Counted from the stretch's first letter, positions 28,640 through 38,943 are shown. The stretch is 64,000 nucleotides of DNA from Patescibacteria group bacterium (GCA_028715115.1 JAQUSN010000001.1:67314-131313), one strand, 5' to 3'. Notes: a model not told the origin generated them from the sequence alone. Program-made: numbers and translations.

Positions 28640-30157
28640 TTAACGAACGACGATAACCTTGTGAGTCTTTTCCAGGTCAGTATCAAACAGGAAGAACACT
28701 CCCTGCTCGATCGGGTCCTGAATTCGCCGTCCATTGACGTCGAAGATGACGAACTTGTGTTGAGCGAAGACGCGCTTGAAAGACGCGAACGGGATGACGG
28801 TAGGAAGGGGCGCCTCGTGATTAAGCACATTTGCCTGCTCTTCAAGTATACTGGTTGGTAGTATGTAGATGCTGTCGACAAGGGTGTCGTTGTGTGGCGA
28901 CTGGTCGCCCGAGAGCTGAGTGACACAGCGAACGCGCACCCATCCAGTAGTGCTATCGCTACGGGACGAAAAGCTGATGAGAGCTTCGTGGTTGGGAAGT
29001 ACTTGCGAACTGGTGTCTAGATAGCGGTTGGAATCGACGTAGAGTTCAGCTGGAATGACAGTGGGGTAAATGCCGTGATTTTTGACGTTGATGTTAATGC
29101 CAAACGAGACGTTGAGATTCACAGTGTCTGGAACGACCAGCTCCAGCGGCTGAGCATCGATTGAGTCGATGATAGCTGGCCGAGGCCACAAGACAAAGAT
29201 GTCTTTAAGGTGGCCCGGATCGACAATCTGGTAATCCTCGTATCCTGGCCTGGTGTTTCGAGCTCGAATCCAGGTAGAACACTTGGCTACAGAAAGTCGG
29301 CTGTCGTTAAAGCCAGGTAGATCGCGGCCATTAACCGTATCAATCGCAGTCAACCAATAGCCGGGCGGAGTGCCGTTCGTGCTGCGATACCAGCTCGGTT
29401 CAATCCCACCGCACAGCACTGTTCCCAGATGAGTCCAAAACTCAAGCTGGTAGTTGACGTCATTCTCGCATCCTGGCGTATATGGTGCGCCGGGATACTC
29501 GTAGTCATCAGCCCAGCCTGGAGACCAGGCTGGCTGGGGTCCGGCCGCGCTTACGACTACAGTCTTATAACGGATGGCTTCCGGCGCTTTACAGCCAAAC
29601 CAGGTAGCAATGCCCTGGTGCAAACTGTCTACACCAGTACCAAAGGCGAAACAAGACCAAACGGCAACGAACTTGTAGCCAGGCACTGCACAGCACCAAG
29701 CAGCTAACATACTGTCGGTCAGGACTTCGTTGTTCCACAGAACCGTCTGCCAGAGATGCTCTGGTGGAGGGCAACCATGGCCGATAACCTGAACAACCAG
29801 GATGTCGTTGGAGTCCATCTGACTACCATAGCTGCTAAGGTGGCGCTGAATGCTTGCGAGCGTAGTCGAATCATCAATCGGCGATCGCCGATATTTCACA
29901 CTAACGCCCGAAAGGGGATTTCCCCGCTGTGGCCAAGCATTGCCCATCAGATTGACGTTAGTATCGACCTGAAACCGGCCGTCCTGGCAAGCCGAGTCAT
30001 ATCCTTTCACCTGATACCACATGCAAATGTCGTCACTCATGTTCTGAGCATTGGACGTGCAAATGGTCAGACTGAAAACCTTCTGGGAGTCCGGCGTCTG
30101 GGCAAAACCCAAGCCGAACAGCACCAGAACGAACAGAGCGGGAAAGAGCTGTTTCAT
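28640..30157 (-). CDS. Secreted protein with T9SS-type C-terminal sorting-domain-like tail (GC-rich island 3)
   Basis: 505 aa; signal peptide MKQLFPALFVLVLFGLGFAQ; Cys-rich body; C-terminus KFVIFDVNGRRIQDPIEQGVFFLFDTDLEKTHKVIVVR resembles a T9SS CTD. AAGGAG RBS 7 nt before the ATG. Coding GC about 55% by eye. Confidence 0.6.
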   Translation of the reverse strand: MKQLFPALFVLVLFGLGFAQTPDSQKVFSLTICTSNAQNMSDDICMWYQVKGYDSACQDGRFQVDTNVNLMGNAWPQRGNPLSGVSVKYRRSPIDDSTTLASIQRHLSSYGSQMDSNDILVVQVIGHGCPPPEHLWQTVLWNNEVLTDSMLAAWCCAVPGYKFVAVWSCFAFGTGVDSLHQGIATWFGCKAPEAIRYKTVVVSAAGPQPAWSPGWADDYEYPGAPYTPGCENDVNYQLEFWTHLGTVLCGGIEPSWYRSTNGTPPGYWLTAIDTVNGRDLPGFNDSRLSVAKCSTWIRARNTRPGYEDYQIVDPGHLKDIFVLWPRPAIIDSIDAQPLELVVPDTVNLNVSFGININVKNHGIYPTVIPAELYVDSNRYLDTSSQVLPNHEALISFSSRSDSTTGWVRVRCVTQLSGDQSPHNDTLVDSIYILPTSILEEQANVLNHEAPLPTVIPFASFKRVFAQHKFVIFDVNGRRIQDPIEQGVFFLFDTDLEKTHKVIVVR

Positions 30158-30226
30158 TGGATTTCTCCTTATTTCTTGGGTTTTTCTGTTTCTTTGCTTG
30201 CTCTGACACTTGTCAAAGAGCTATTT

Positions 30227-30258
30227 ATTATAATACACCAAAAATTGACAAAAGTCAA
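30227..30258 (-). promoter_or_regulatory. Promoter TTGACT-N17-TATTAT(AAT) for the island 3 gene, overlapped by TTGAC-N4-GTCAA palindromes
   Basis: Minus strand reads TTGACTTTTGTCAA-tttttggtg-TATTATAAT...TTGACAAGTGTCA...AAGGAG...ATG. Confidence 0.55.
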
Positions 30259-30455
30259 CCCGTAAAGCTAACTTTTGCACTATGAGGTTTTCTCGCTACA
30301 TTTGGTCTAATATTTATATTTTTAGTAATTTTCATTAACTATGACGCCACGGGTCACGGCCCGTAAAGCTAACTTTTGCACCGCGGATTTTTTTGATTAA
30401 TTAGCTTACTTTTAGTCCAGAATCTAACGCAACACTCTTGACGCCACGGGTCACG
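30258..30455. repeat. Interleaved direct repeats: A = (A/G)CCCGTAAAGCTAACTTTTGCAC x2 (30258-30280, 30359-30381); B = TGACGCCACGGGTCACG x2 (30342-30358, 30439-30455)
   Basis: Exact 22/23 bp and 17 bp copies spaced about 100 bp apart, in the order A-[B A]-B, upstream of the island 3 promoter; a degenerate third A-like copy lies at 30511-30530. Confidence 0.75.
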
Positions 30456-30699
30456 AGTCCTTTAAAAATTATATACTTCTCTAATTTTAACGGGTAAATG
30501 ATAAAAATTGGCCGCAAAAAGCTAATTTTGATATTAAAACAATGGTAATTAAAGAAAAATTAATAATTATTTACTATTTAAAGAAAATAAATAACTCGCC
30601 TTTTGTTGACGAGTTATTTATTATAATTATTTTATATTCCGTGTTCTACGTTCTATTTTACCTGCCGGCAGGCAAGTAAATTCTAGATCCTATTCCTGA

Positions 30700-33600
30700 T
30701 TATCTTTCTTTTTCTTGAACCCTGGCCTGACAAGTAGTTTTATCGCATCCGTAACGATACCACTCAGCGTTAACCGTTTTACAGCTGGTTGTATCGCGCG
30801 GTCCTTTAGCCGACGATTCCCCAGCGCCGCTAGTTTGCGTTAATGAGTAATAATAGATCGTATTCGGATTAACGCGAGAGTCAACAAACTGGCAGCAAGG
30901 ATTTTGCTCTGTGCAGGCAAATTCAGTCTGACTAGCGCCATATAAAAATGGCTGATTGGTTGTTAACTGGCAAGAAGCGGATAATGAATTCGATAAACTT
31001 TCCACCAAAAGTGAAGTATGGGAACGCACTTCTTTATAAGCAGAAACATTATCAAGCATGGCGCTTAAAAGCACGCTAGTGCCAGCCATATTAAACGAAG
31101 CCGTGTTAGATGTGTCTCCAACTAAAGAAATATCAGCTGGCGTACCTTCAAAATTTTTATCAACAAATAATTTTAAATTAACACCGTGGCTGGCTACGCA
31201 AGCAAGATAATGCCAATTATTATCATTAACCGTGGTAGTGCCGGTAACCTGAGCTTGATTGGTGCCATCACTAATAAAACATTTAGCCTTGCCGCTAACT
31301 ATACTCAATTGATAACCATTGTTCCCGCTTATTTTCTCGATAACCATGCCGTCAGTATCAGTCGTTTTAACCCAAGCGCTAATAGTAAACGATTCTGTGG
31401 TTAAATTAACATCCAAAGAATCACTATCAGCAACGGCTAAGTGGCCACCATCAAAATAGCCAGAGCGATTAAATTTTGCGCCTTCGGTAGTAGGATAAGG
31501 CGAGCCATTGGCCGTAGCATCATTATTATAATAAGAAGAATCTTTAGCCGCGCCCTGACCAGACCAAGATGTTTCATTCATTTTCCATTGGCCGACTAAA
31601 TTTTCGCCACCCGGTAAACCCTCGCCTAAATGTCCGACAATAATACAATTACTGCCAGTTAAAGAATCACAGCCATTAGACCTGACCGAACGATAAATAT
31701 TATAACCATCTATGTTATTACGTTCATCAGCTGTTGGCGCCCAGAACAATTTTAATTGACCACAAGTATTACCTTGAACCATTACATCTTCTACTAAAGA
31801 GCAGGGTACGGTTTTAACGCAAAAAGGCTGAGGATGATTTGGCAAAGTATCAGTAGCCCAACGGTTGCCATTATTGTTCCAAGCTTGCATTTTATAACAA
31901 TAACGGGTGTTTGGCTCTAAATACCAATCATCAATAGTTTGACACTCATCATTAGTACAAGCATCCTTAGAAATAGAATAAGGAGAATAATCATAACCGC
32001 CAAGGCACTCATCAAGAGTGGCGTGAGCTGGGCAGCGCCAAAATATATATGAAGTGGCGCCTTCAGAGGCCTCCCAAGTTAAATTCATACTAGCATATCC
32101 TCCCCCATCGCAACTTAAATTAGTAATAGGCGCAGCTGAAAAAGTATCAAATGCCTTAGGGGATGCTCCAGAAAATACATGTGACCCAGTAATCCAACCA
32201 AAATAATTAGAATTCCAAGACCAGGTGCGCCAGTCATAATGGCCCGACGGAGAATACCATCCGCCAAAAGTATAATAACCGCCACCTTGTGAATGGTCAT
32301 TTAAAAATAAACCCCAGGCATAATCATCAACACCCGGCTCACTAACTTGACCATTATTATTATAAATATCAGTTTGATAATTATTAACCACTCCGCTTAA
32401 TCCGACCCAACCATCAGAACTACCACTAGCCCGCACCCTGGCCCAACCGGTCACTTCTTGCTTGGCATCTTGCCAAAGCTCTTGGGCAGTCTTTACCCGA
32501 TTATAAATAACCACATCATCTAAATAACCGCTTAGATGCGCGCCGGTTTGTTCGCCGCCTAAATATAAAGGAGATGTAGTAGCTATATTAACGCTTCCTG
32601 ATTGAGCGTAAACTCTGTCTAAAGCGCCATCTAAATATAGTCTTACGTAAGCGCCGTCATAAGTCATAGCCACATGGCGCCATTTATCCTGATAATTAAC
32701 TCTAACTTCACTATCGCTAAAATTATAAGCATTCCAAGTGCCGTCAATGTATAATTTGGCTTGAAAATTATCATAAGTTGCCGGAATCACGCCCAAGGCA
32801 TAGGCATCGGCCTTACGTAACATAATTTGCTCTGCGCCAGTATCTCCTTTTAAATTAATCCAGCCTTCAAGAGTAAAATTGCTTGTTAAATTTAGAGGTG
32901 AACTGCTCTGTACTTGAGCCCAAACCGCATCAGGCGCCAAAGGATTATTATCAACATCAAAATCCAAAGCGCTATTAAATTTGCCGGTAATAAGAAATGG
33001 AGAAAAGGTCGGATAAGTCGGACCAAGAGTAGCGTTAAGCCCTGTACCAACTGAACTTGGAGTAGTGCCATTCCTAGTATCAATCTCATTAAATTTCCAT
33101 TGAGCCACTAAATCTGGATCTGGCGTGCTATCAGTGCAGCTACTATTATAATTAAAATCTTCACCGCAATCACCTAAACAGCTGCCATTGGACAATCGAG
33201 ATCCTATACAAGCCCAAGTCGAAAAGCCATCAGGCGCAGTACCGCCACAAGTTTCACCAAAACAAACATAGCCGTCTCTGGTAGCCGTTAAATCTCCGGC
33301 CGAGCCAAGATTGGCCATATAAGCATAACCATTTAATTTGTTGGTTGCCGTCGCGCCCAAATCAACATTAAGACCATAATCATTGGAAGCTACTGAATAA
33401 GGACAAGCTCCGGCTTCAGCCGGACAATAGCCGGCATCAGGGCAACAACAATCAAACGTCCCGTCATTATTATAGTCATTATAGCAATTAGTGTTCAACC
33501 AGCCGTAATTTTCCGACCAAAGCCAACCACGGATATTGTGAGTAGAACCGCCGCGAGCGGAAAAAAGTTTCGTCAGCCAGCCGTCAAATACAAAACGATT

Positions 33601-33717
33601 CATCGGATCAAGGAAAGACAAAACCCTAGTAGACGTAAAGGTCTGAATCAGCATCATGATTAAAACCAAGAGTATGATACTGCAAACCGCCAAAAGTATT
33701 TTTTTTGATTTAGACAT
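30700..33717 (-). CDS. Large membrane-anchored extracellular protein with two LamG/ConA-like lectin domains and FN3-like modules
   Basis: 1005 aa; N-terminal TM helix; two segments ending in ...YLDDVVIYNRVKTAQEL and ...MLDNVSAYKEVRS that are typical of LamG; Cys-rich linkers. Confidence 0.6.
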   Translation of the reverse strand: MSKSKKILLAVCSIILLVLIMMLIQTFTSTRVLSFLDPMNRFVFDGWLTKLFSARGGSTHNIRGWLWSENYGWLNTNCYNDYNNDGTFDCCCPDAGYCPAEAGACPYSVASNDYGLNVDLGATATNKLNGYAYMANLGSAGDLTATRDGYVCFGETCGGTAPDGFSTWACIGSRLSNGSCLGDCGEDFNYNSSCTDSTPDPDLVAQWKFNEIDTRNGTTPSSVGTGLNATLGPTYPTFSPFLITGKFNSALDFDVDNNPLAPDAVWAQVQSSSPLNLTSNFTLEGWINLKGDTGAEQIMLRKADAYALGVIPATYDNFQAKLYIDGTWNAYNFSDSEVRVNYQDKWRHVAMTYDGAYVRLYLDGALDRVYAQSGSVNIATTSPLYLGGEQTGAHLSGYLDDVVIYNRVKTAQELWQDAKQEVTGWARVRASGSSDGWVGLSGVVNNYQTDIYNNNGQVSEPGVDDYAWGLFLNDHSQGGGYYTFGGWYSPSGHYDWRTWSWNSNYFGWITGSHVFSGASPKAFDTFSAAPITNLSCDGGGYASMNLTWEASEGATSYIFWRCPAHATLDECLGGYDYSPYSISKDACTNDECQTIDDWYLEPNTRYCYKMQAWNNNGNRWATDTLPNHPQPFCVKTVPCSLVEDVMVQGNTCGQLKLFWAPTADERNNIDGYNIYRSVRSNGCDSLTGSNCIIVGHLGEGLPGGENLVGQWKMNETSWSGQGAAKDSSYYNNDATANGSPYPTTEGAKFNRSGYFDGGHLAVADSDSLDVNLTTESFTISAWVKTTDTDGMVIEKISGNNGYQLSIVSGKAKCFISDGTNQAQVTGTTTVNDNNWHYLACVASHGVNLKLFVDKNFEGTPADISLVGDTSNTASFNMAGTSVLLSAMLDNVSAYKEVRSHTSLLVESLSNSLSASCQLTTNQPFLYGASQTEFACTEQNPCCQFVDSRVNPNTIYYYSLTQTSGAGESSAKGPRDTTSCKTVNAEWYRYGCDKTTCQARVQEKER

Positions 33718-33816
33718 AACAAAAAATCAAAGGATTATTCAAAAATTAAATACATCTAAATTCCTTATGATAAAATTCCTCCTGGTAAATAAAAACTCCG
33801 TAAAACAAACCTAATC

Positions 33817-35430
33817 CTATAAAGGACAGCAGGTTATAGATACTGTCATCTCTAAACCGCCGCCGCCGCCACTATCAAGAGAAACTCCTGTCACCACATG
33901 ACCTGCTGGACAAGAGGCCAATGGCGACTCAGGCGTTGAGCTAACTACTACACAAGGAGTTAATGAATTGTTTATAGTTGTTAATTCGCCATTAACTGTT
34001 AAATCTCCATTTATGGTAGTATCACCATTGGCATCAACATATATGTCATTAATTGAACCAGTACGACGAATCAGGAAATTATCAGTTGAATTATCCATGC
34101 CAACGTACCATTTTTCCGTAGATTGACGATCCATACGCACACCAGTATAAAGTTTAGTGGCATTATTTTGATTAAGCCTAACCATGGCCGTGCCAGTAGC
34201 GGCAGAATTTTTAATATCTAGCTCATAACCCGGTGACTCTTCCCCAATACCAAGTTTAGTAGAGAAGAAACCATCCCCGAGAAAATAACCTGCCCAGCCA
34301 CCATTGGCAGCCTGAGATAGAATAGCCTTTCCGTTAGCAACATCTGTATAACCAAATACGCCTGCATAATCAGCTGAGTTCGTTTTACCATATACCCCGT
34401 ATTCATTGCTCTCGCCAAATATTGCGTAATTATCTCCTCCTAAAACAGTTAATTTATAGTTTGGACTTGTCGTCCCAATACCGACCTTGCCGCCGGTAAT
34501 GGTCATGTCGGTGTGACCCTGCCCGCCGAATTGGACAATCCGGTTAGCTGCACAAATTGCCGCACCATTAGCATCACCGCCGCCGCATAAATCGCCCCAG
34601 CCAAACTCGGCTTTTTCTGTCCCATTTTTTTGGAAACTGGCAAAACCGCCTACAGCCGCAGCGCTAGTGTTAACAAACAATGGACTTTCATTGGCTCCCG
34701 CGCCAGCCGTTGGCGTAAGTGTCAAAATTTGAGTAGTTTTATTATAAGTCATGCCGATCGCACCGCCAAAACTATCGCTATCGTTAAATTGTATTTGGGT
34801 ATTGCTACCGCCGGGCGTGGCGCTGCCGCCGGTTCCGCAACTTCCCCAGGTTAATGCACCGGCCCCATCATTCGTTAGACATTTAGTTCCACTAGCCTGA
34901 GAAGCCGGCCAAGTATAGTCTACATTGTTAATTCTGGTAATATCTCCGGCGGCCGTAACAAGAAATTTTTCGGGTGAAGCGCCCTGACTAATACCAATAG
35001 TGCCTCTTGTAGCCACGTTGCCACTAATATCAACCGAAAGGGCAGTAACGGCGCCTTCACAAATGTTGGCGCCGGTGCCGCTACAGTTTTCTAATTTCAG
35101 CAAAGTGCCAGTCGAGGTACTTTTGGCATTGCCGTAAATAACATTCTTACCACCACCGACAACCAAATCGCCCTTACCAACAATTAAACCAACATTGGCC
35201 CCTGAATTTCCCTCAATATTTAAACTTCCGGTTTTGGTCTGATAAGTTGAACCAATATTAACCGGAAAATCCGGATTGCCACCAGGTGGGGGCGCGGACG
35301 GTTCAGACCAGGCAGCTAGGCCCGGCAAAATGCCAATAAAAAATACTCCAACGAGGAGTATAATCAAAAAGCCAAATAAACCTTTTAAGGCAATTTGACC
35401 AGCTTGATTAGAAGAAGGTCTTCTTGTCAT
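33817..35430 (-). CDS. Gly/Thr/Asn-rich membrane-anchored fibre-like surface protein
   Basis: 537 aa; N-terminal TM helix; repetitive G-rich beta-helix/tail-fibre-like composition. Confidence 0.45.
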   Translation of the reverse strand: MTRRPSSNQAGQIALKGLFGFLIILLVGVFFIGILPGLAAWSEPSAPPPGGNPDFPVNIGSTYQTKTGSLNIEGNSGANVGLIVGKGDLVVGGGKNVIYGNAKSTSTGTLLKLENCSGTGANICEGAVTALSVDISGNVATRGTIGISQGASPEKFLVTAAGDITRINNVDYTWPASQASGTKCLTNDGAGALTWGSCGTGGSATPGGSNTQIQFNDSDSFGGAIGMTYNKTTQILTLTPTAGAGANESPLFVNTSAAAVGGFASFQKNGTEKAEFGWGDLCGGGDANGAAICAANRIVQFGGQGHTDMTITGGKVGIGTTSPNYKLTVLGGDNYAIFGESNEYGVYGKTNSADYAGVFGYTDVANGKAILSQAANGGWAGYFLGDGFFSTKLGIGEESPGYELDIKNSAATGTAMVRLNQNNATKLYTGVRMDRQSTEKWYVGMDNSTDNFLIRRTGSINDIYVDANGDTTINGDLTVNGELTTINNSLTPCVVVSSTPESPLASCPAGHVVTGVSLDSGGGGGLEMTVSITCCPL

Positions 35431-35568
35431 AAAAAATAACCTCTTACTGTCCCTTTAGGGACAAAATTATTTTGTTTAAAAAAAATAACTTACAAAACCT
35501 ATATTAATATTATAGATGTTAAAAGATTAATGTTAAGTGCTCAGCAGTGGAAAAGTCTACCAGACAAA

Positions 35569-36312
35569 TTAACTGCCGCCAATGATTTGCCAGCGCGGAA
35601 AAATCATTTCTATCACTCGCTGAAAGGTTTTATAAGTACCAACCGACTTAGAAATCTTTAAACTCTTGGGCAAATTCCCAGTCCAATTAATAGTGTAATC
35701 CTGACTAATAACTCCACTATTATGCAAGGTTATTTTATAATATGAATTTAAATAATAGGGACTAGCCCCCACGCTAATCGGAACCACAAAAGACGAAGAA
35801 AAATCAGTATAAATAGTTTCTGTTTGAATCCCTGTGGCAATCACCTCTTCTAAAACAACCATATCACTCGAACAGCCGGCCGTAAGACAACTAACCGTTA
35901 GCCCAGCGCTAGGATAACCAACTCCACGAATATCTAAATAAAGAACAAATGATTTCCCGGGCGTCAAAGTAATATTACCGAACGATGCGTCTGCGTTTTC
36001 TACTGTAATATCATTGTTGCCTTCCACTAAATATTCCGCGCCATTGCTTAAAGTATCATTAGACCCGCAGCTATTCGGATCGCCAAGCTCGCAATGATTT
36101 TTTAAAACCTTATAAGCAGTTTCTTCGGCCCCGGACTCGGCGGCGTAAAGCGCCGCCTCTGAATTAGCCGAACCTTTGGTCATGCGCGCCTGGCGGATTA
36201 AAACATCTGCTACTAGGGCCGCCGAAGTTAAAAGCGAACTGATGACAAAAATTACCAACAAAATAGTAATGGAGCGCTTATCCCGTAACATATAACGTGA
36301 TATGTTTATCAT
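35569..36312 (-). CDS. PilX-like type IV pilus minor pilin
   Basis: 247 aa; N-terminus RDKRSITILLVIFVISSLLTSAALVA resembles the PilX N-terminal domain. Confidence 0.5.
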   Translation of the reverse strand: MINISRYMLRDKRSITILLVIFVISSLLTSAALVADVLIRQARMTKGSANSEAALYAAESGAEETAYKVLKNHCELGDPNSCGSNDTLSNGAEYLVEGNNDITVENADASFGNITLTPGKSFVLYLDIRGVGYPSAGLTVSCLTAGCSSDMVVLEEVIATGIQTETIYTDFSSSFVVPISVGASPYYLNSYYKITLHNSGVISQDYTINWTGNLPKSLKISKSVGTYKTFQRVIEMIFPRWQIIGGS

Positions 36313-36401
36313 AAAAATAAATTTTCAATTTCTAATAAATGATTTTATTTGTAAAAATTCGCGAATAATTTGTAGCTAATTCGCGTGATTGGGGCTGCTC
36401 T

Positions 36402-37007
36402 TTACCTTTTTTCTTCATAACGTTGACTAATTGTTTGTTGCAGTCGAACGTATTTTTGCCCAAAGCGCTCCTTTTGCGAACTTAGTTCCAAAACCGTTGT
36501 TACGCGCGGTACCGTAAAGGTGGTCGCTCCGGCCGTATACGGATTTGTAGTGGGGTCAATGTAAAAATTTAATTTTTCAACCTGAATATCAAGCATAGTT
36601 ACTGGTTCAAAGTTAACGGAAACACTATCACAGTAAGTTGCGTTACCGACGGATTCACAGCGCTCAGCGCGTTTACTGAATGCATTAAAATAATAAACCG
36701 TATAAATATAATTAGCCGAACTGCTATCGTTGTCATTTATTAAGGCCAAGGCGTCTTCTGGCGTATCAACTCCCGCGGTATAATAACTGTAATTTATGCG
36801 TTTATCGCGAATATCTTTGGTAATTTTGCTTAATAAATTTTGGCCATCCTGCTGAAGATCGGCGTTGACCGAAGATTTTTGTTGACTGCCGATGGCATAA
36901 ATATAAATTCCAGTCGCCACAACGATAATAATCGAAATTAAGCCGACAGAAACTATTAATTCTAATAAACTGAATCCTCGGCGATGTAATTTATTTTTAA
37001 GACTCAT
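36402..37007 (-). CDS. Prepilin-type N-terminal cleavage/methylation domain protein (pseudopilin)
   Basis: HRRG/FSLLELIVSVGLISIIIV class III leader plus hydrophobic helix. Confidence 0.6.
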   Translation of the reverse strand: MSLKNKLHRRGFSLLELIVSVGLISIIIVVATGIYIYAIGSQQKSSVNADLQQDGQNLLSKITKDIRDKRINYSYYTAGVDTPEDALALINDNDSSSANYIYTVYYFNAFSKRAERCESVGNATYCDSVSVNFEPVTMLDIQVEKLNFYIDPTTNPYTAGATTFTVPRVTTVLELSSQKERFGQKYVRLQQTISQRYEEKR

Positions 37008-37031
37008 TATAAATTGATAATTAAATTAATC

Positions 37032-37580
37032 TTAACGCCAATCGGTAAACTTCTTCTCTAGGGTCACTTGATGGGGACGATCTTTTTCCGTCCATTTAAC
37101 CAAAACCGTAGCCACTTTTTCACAATTAGCGCTGCAATTAGTGCCTAAGTCGTCGCCAGTGGCTATAGTCACAATCCGTCGAAAGAGGGTCTTGGTTAAA
37201 CCTACGGTGCAATTACCGCTATCATCGGCGTGTGAATAAATTTTAGTAGTCGGATCAAAACAAAGTTTGCAATTTAAACAACTATCTATATTGCCATTAG
37301 CCGCGGTGTCAAAATCAGTATCACCATAATCAAAAACATAAACCCCGTTATCTAAACCAAAAGACCAGGTCTGGCCTTCATTAAACCAGTTAGTTGATCT
37401 AACCGCTTGGCAAACCTCAACACCTTCTCGAGCTAAAGTAATCGCCTGAACCCATTCGGTGGTTTGTCCACCCAAAGACAATGTTGAAAGGGCTAAAGAC
37501 AAAATGCCAACCAACGCTATGATCACAATAGCGGTAGCCACAATAGTTTCAATTAAAGTTTGAGAAGATTTTCTCTCCAT
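37032..37580 (-). CDS. PilV-like minor pilin
   Basis: 182 aa; N-terminus QTLIETIVATAIVIIALVGIL is a PilV-type N-terminal helix. Confidence 0.5.
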   Translation of the reverse strand: MERKSSQTLIETIVATAIVIIALVGILSLALSTLSLGGQTTEWVQAITLAREGVEVCQAVRSTNWFNEGQTWSFGLDNGVYVFDYGDTDFDTAANGNIDSCLNCKLCFDPTTKIYSHADDSGNCTVGLTKTLFRRIVTIATGDDLGTNCSANCEKVATVLVKWTEKDRPHQVTLEKKFTDWR

Positions 37581-37600
37581 GAAAATATCTTAATAATATA

Positions 37601-38155
37601 CTAAGATTGCGAAGTAACAACGTCTATTCTGCCCTTGGAATTAATGCGTATATATAGGTAAGTTTGATTGCCGGAACTTTTAATGCTATAGAAAATGTTT
37701 GCTCCACTGGTCAAAGCGGCTCCATCGCAATAAACTTGTCCTTCCGGCCGAGTAAAAACCAAGTCTTTACAGCCGGCATTCTCGATAATTAAGCCCGGAG
37801 ACAAAGTATAATCCTCTATTGATTCATCACTTGCGCTCGCGTCCCATTTATAATTATTGGGCGCGCCTTGATCAATATAAAGCTTATAGGTCGTGCTATT
37901 ATTAGATGGCACATATATGCCATAGCCATAATTGGTTAAATTGCTCGTTTGTTTATAACCAGTCAAGGCCATACTTTGCGATCGCTTGATTACGCTGAGC
38001 ATCTCCTTGCTGTTGGTCAATAAATCGTCTTTTCTTTGACCCGTGCGATAGTTGACAATAGTCATGGCGCTTAAGACGCCTATAATAAAAACAACCACCA
38101 CTAATTCAATAATCGAAAATGCTTTTGATTTTTTTTTATTATTACCTTCCGCCAT
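37601..38155 (-). CDS. Prepilin-type pseudopilin (GspH/FimT-like)
   Basis: KKSKA/FSIIELVVVVFIIGVLSAM prepilin leader plus helix. Confidence 0.6.
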   Translation of the reverse strand: MAEGNNKKKSKAFSIIELVVVVFIIGVLSAMTIVNYRTGQRKDDLLTNSKEMLSVIKRSQSMALTGYKQTSNLTNYGYGIYVPSNNSTTYKLYIDQGAPNNYKWDASASDESIEDYTLSPGLIIENAGCKDLVFTRPEGQVYCDGAALTSGANIFYSIKSSGNQTYLYIRINSKGRIDVVTSQS

Positions 38156-38172
38156 CTACTTATTTTATCTAA

Positions 38173-38943
38173 TTATAAAAAAGTATGCAAATACCAACCT
38201 ATGATTTTTTGGCCAAAAAACATTGTCACCAAACTTCCAATAACCAAAAAGGGGCCCAAGGGAACTTGAGAGGCCCATTTTTTTTGACGAGTAAGAATTA
38301 GGGCTAGGCCTATTAAGCTGCCGATCAGATAAGAAGCTAAAATCGCCGCCAAAATGTTCGGCCATCCGAAATAAACGCCCAATAAAATCCCGATGCGAAA
38401 GTCTCCCAAGCCGATTCCTTTGCCACGGGTAATTAAATATTGGACGATAAAGAACAGGCCTGCCCCCAAGCCAGCTAAAACAATATTCAACCAGTATATT
38501 TTTAATAAAAATAAATTAATAAATAAAATAACAGCTGCGATCGGCATTAAAACAGTATCTTCTATAATATAAAACTTAAGATCGTAGACAAAAGTAAATA
38601 TTAGCGCAAAAATCATCAACCAGTCGCGCAGTAAATAAATTACCACATCGCTCGACCCCGAAGCCAATTGATGATAAGCGGCCGCTAAAAATAAAAAACC
38701 AGTAGCAAGCTCCACGAGTGGATATTGCCAGGAAATTTTTTGCCGACAAGAACGGCAGCGGCGTCGCAGTAAAAAAAAGCTTAAAACCGGAACATTATCA
38801 TACCAACTTATTTTTTTAGAACAACGAGGGCAAAACGACCTGCCTAAAATGCTTTTTTTATGATACAAACGATAAATGAGGCAGTTTAAAAAGCTCCCCA
38901 TTATCAACCCGATGACAAAAGAAAATACGAAAAGTAAAATCAT
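38173..38943 (-). CDS. pilD: Prepilin peptidase (A24 family)
   Basis: 256 aa; N-terminal CxxC...CxxC zinc motif (CPRCSKKISWYDNVPV...CRSCRQKI) and 8 TM helices of PilD. Confidence 0.85.
   Translation of the reverse strand: MILLFVFSFVIGLIMGSFLNCLIYRLYHKKSILGRSFCPRCSKKISWYDNVPVLSFFLLRRRCRSCRQKISWQYPLVELATGFLFLAAAYHQLASGSSDVVIYLLRDWLMIFALIFTFVYDLKFYIIEDTVLMPIAAVILFINLFLLKIYWLNIVLAGLGAGLFFIVQYLITRGKGIGLGDFRIGILLGVYFGWPNILAAILASYLIGSLIGLALILTRQKKWASQVPLGPFLVIGSLVTMFFGQKIIGWYLHTFL

Noticed and set aside
25020-30260. Chimeric assembly or contamination as a trivial explanation for the GC-rich genes
   Set aside because: Each GC-rich ORF is contiguous with AT-rich host-like promoter and RBS sequence, and the islands are bounded by hairpins within a few bp of host genes. 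Contig chimeras would not produce single-gene-sized inserts with native regulatory flanks. Read-level evidence is still needed.
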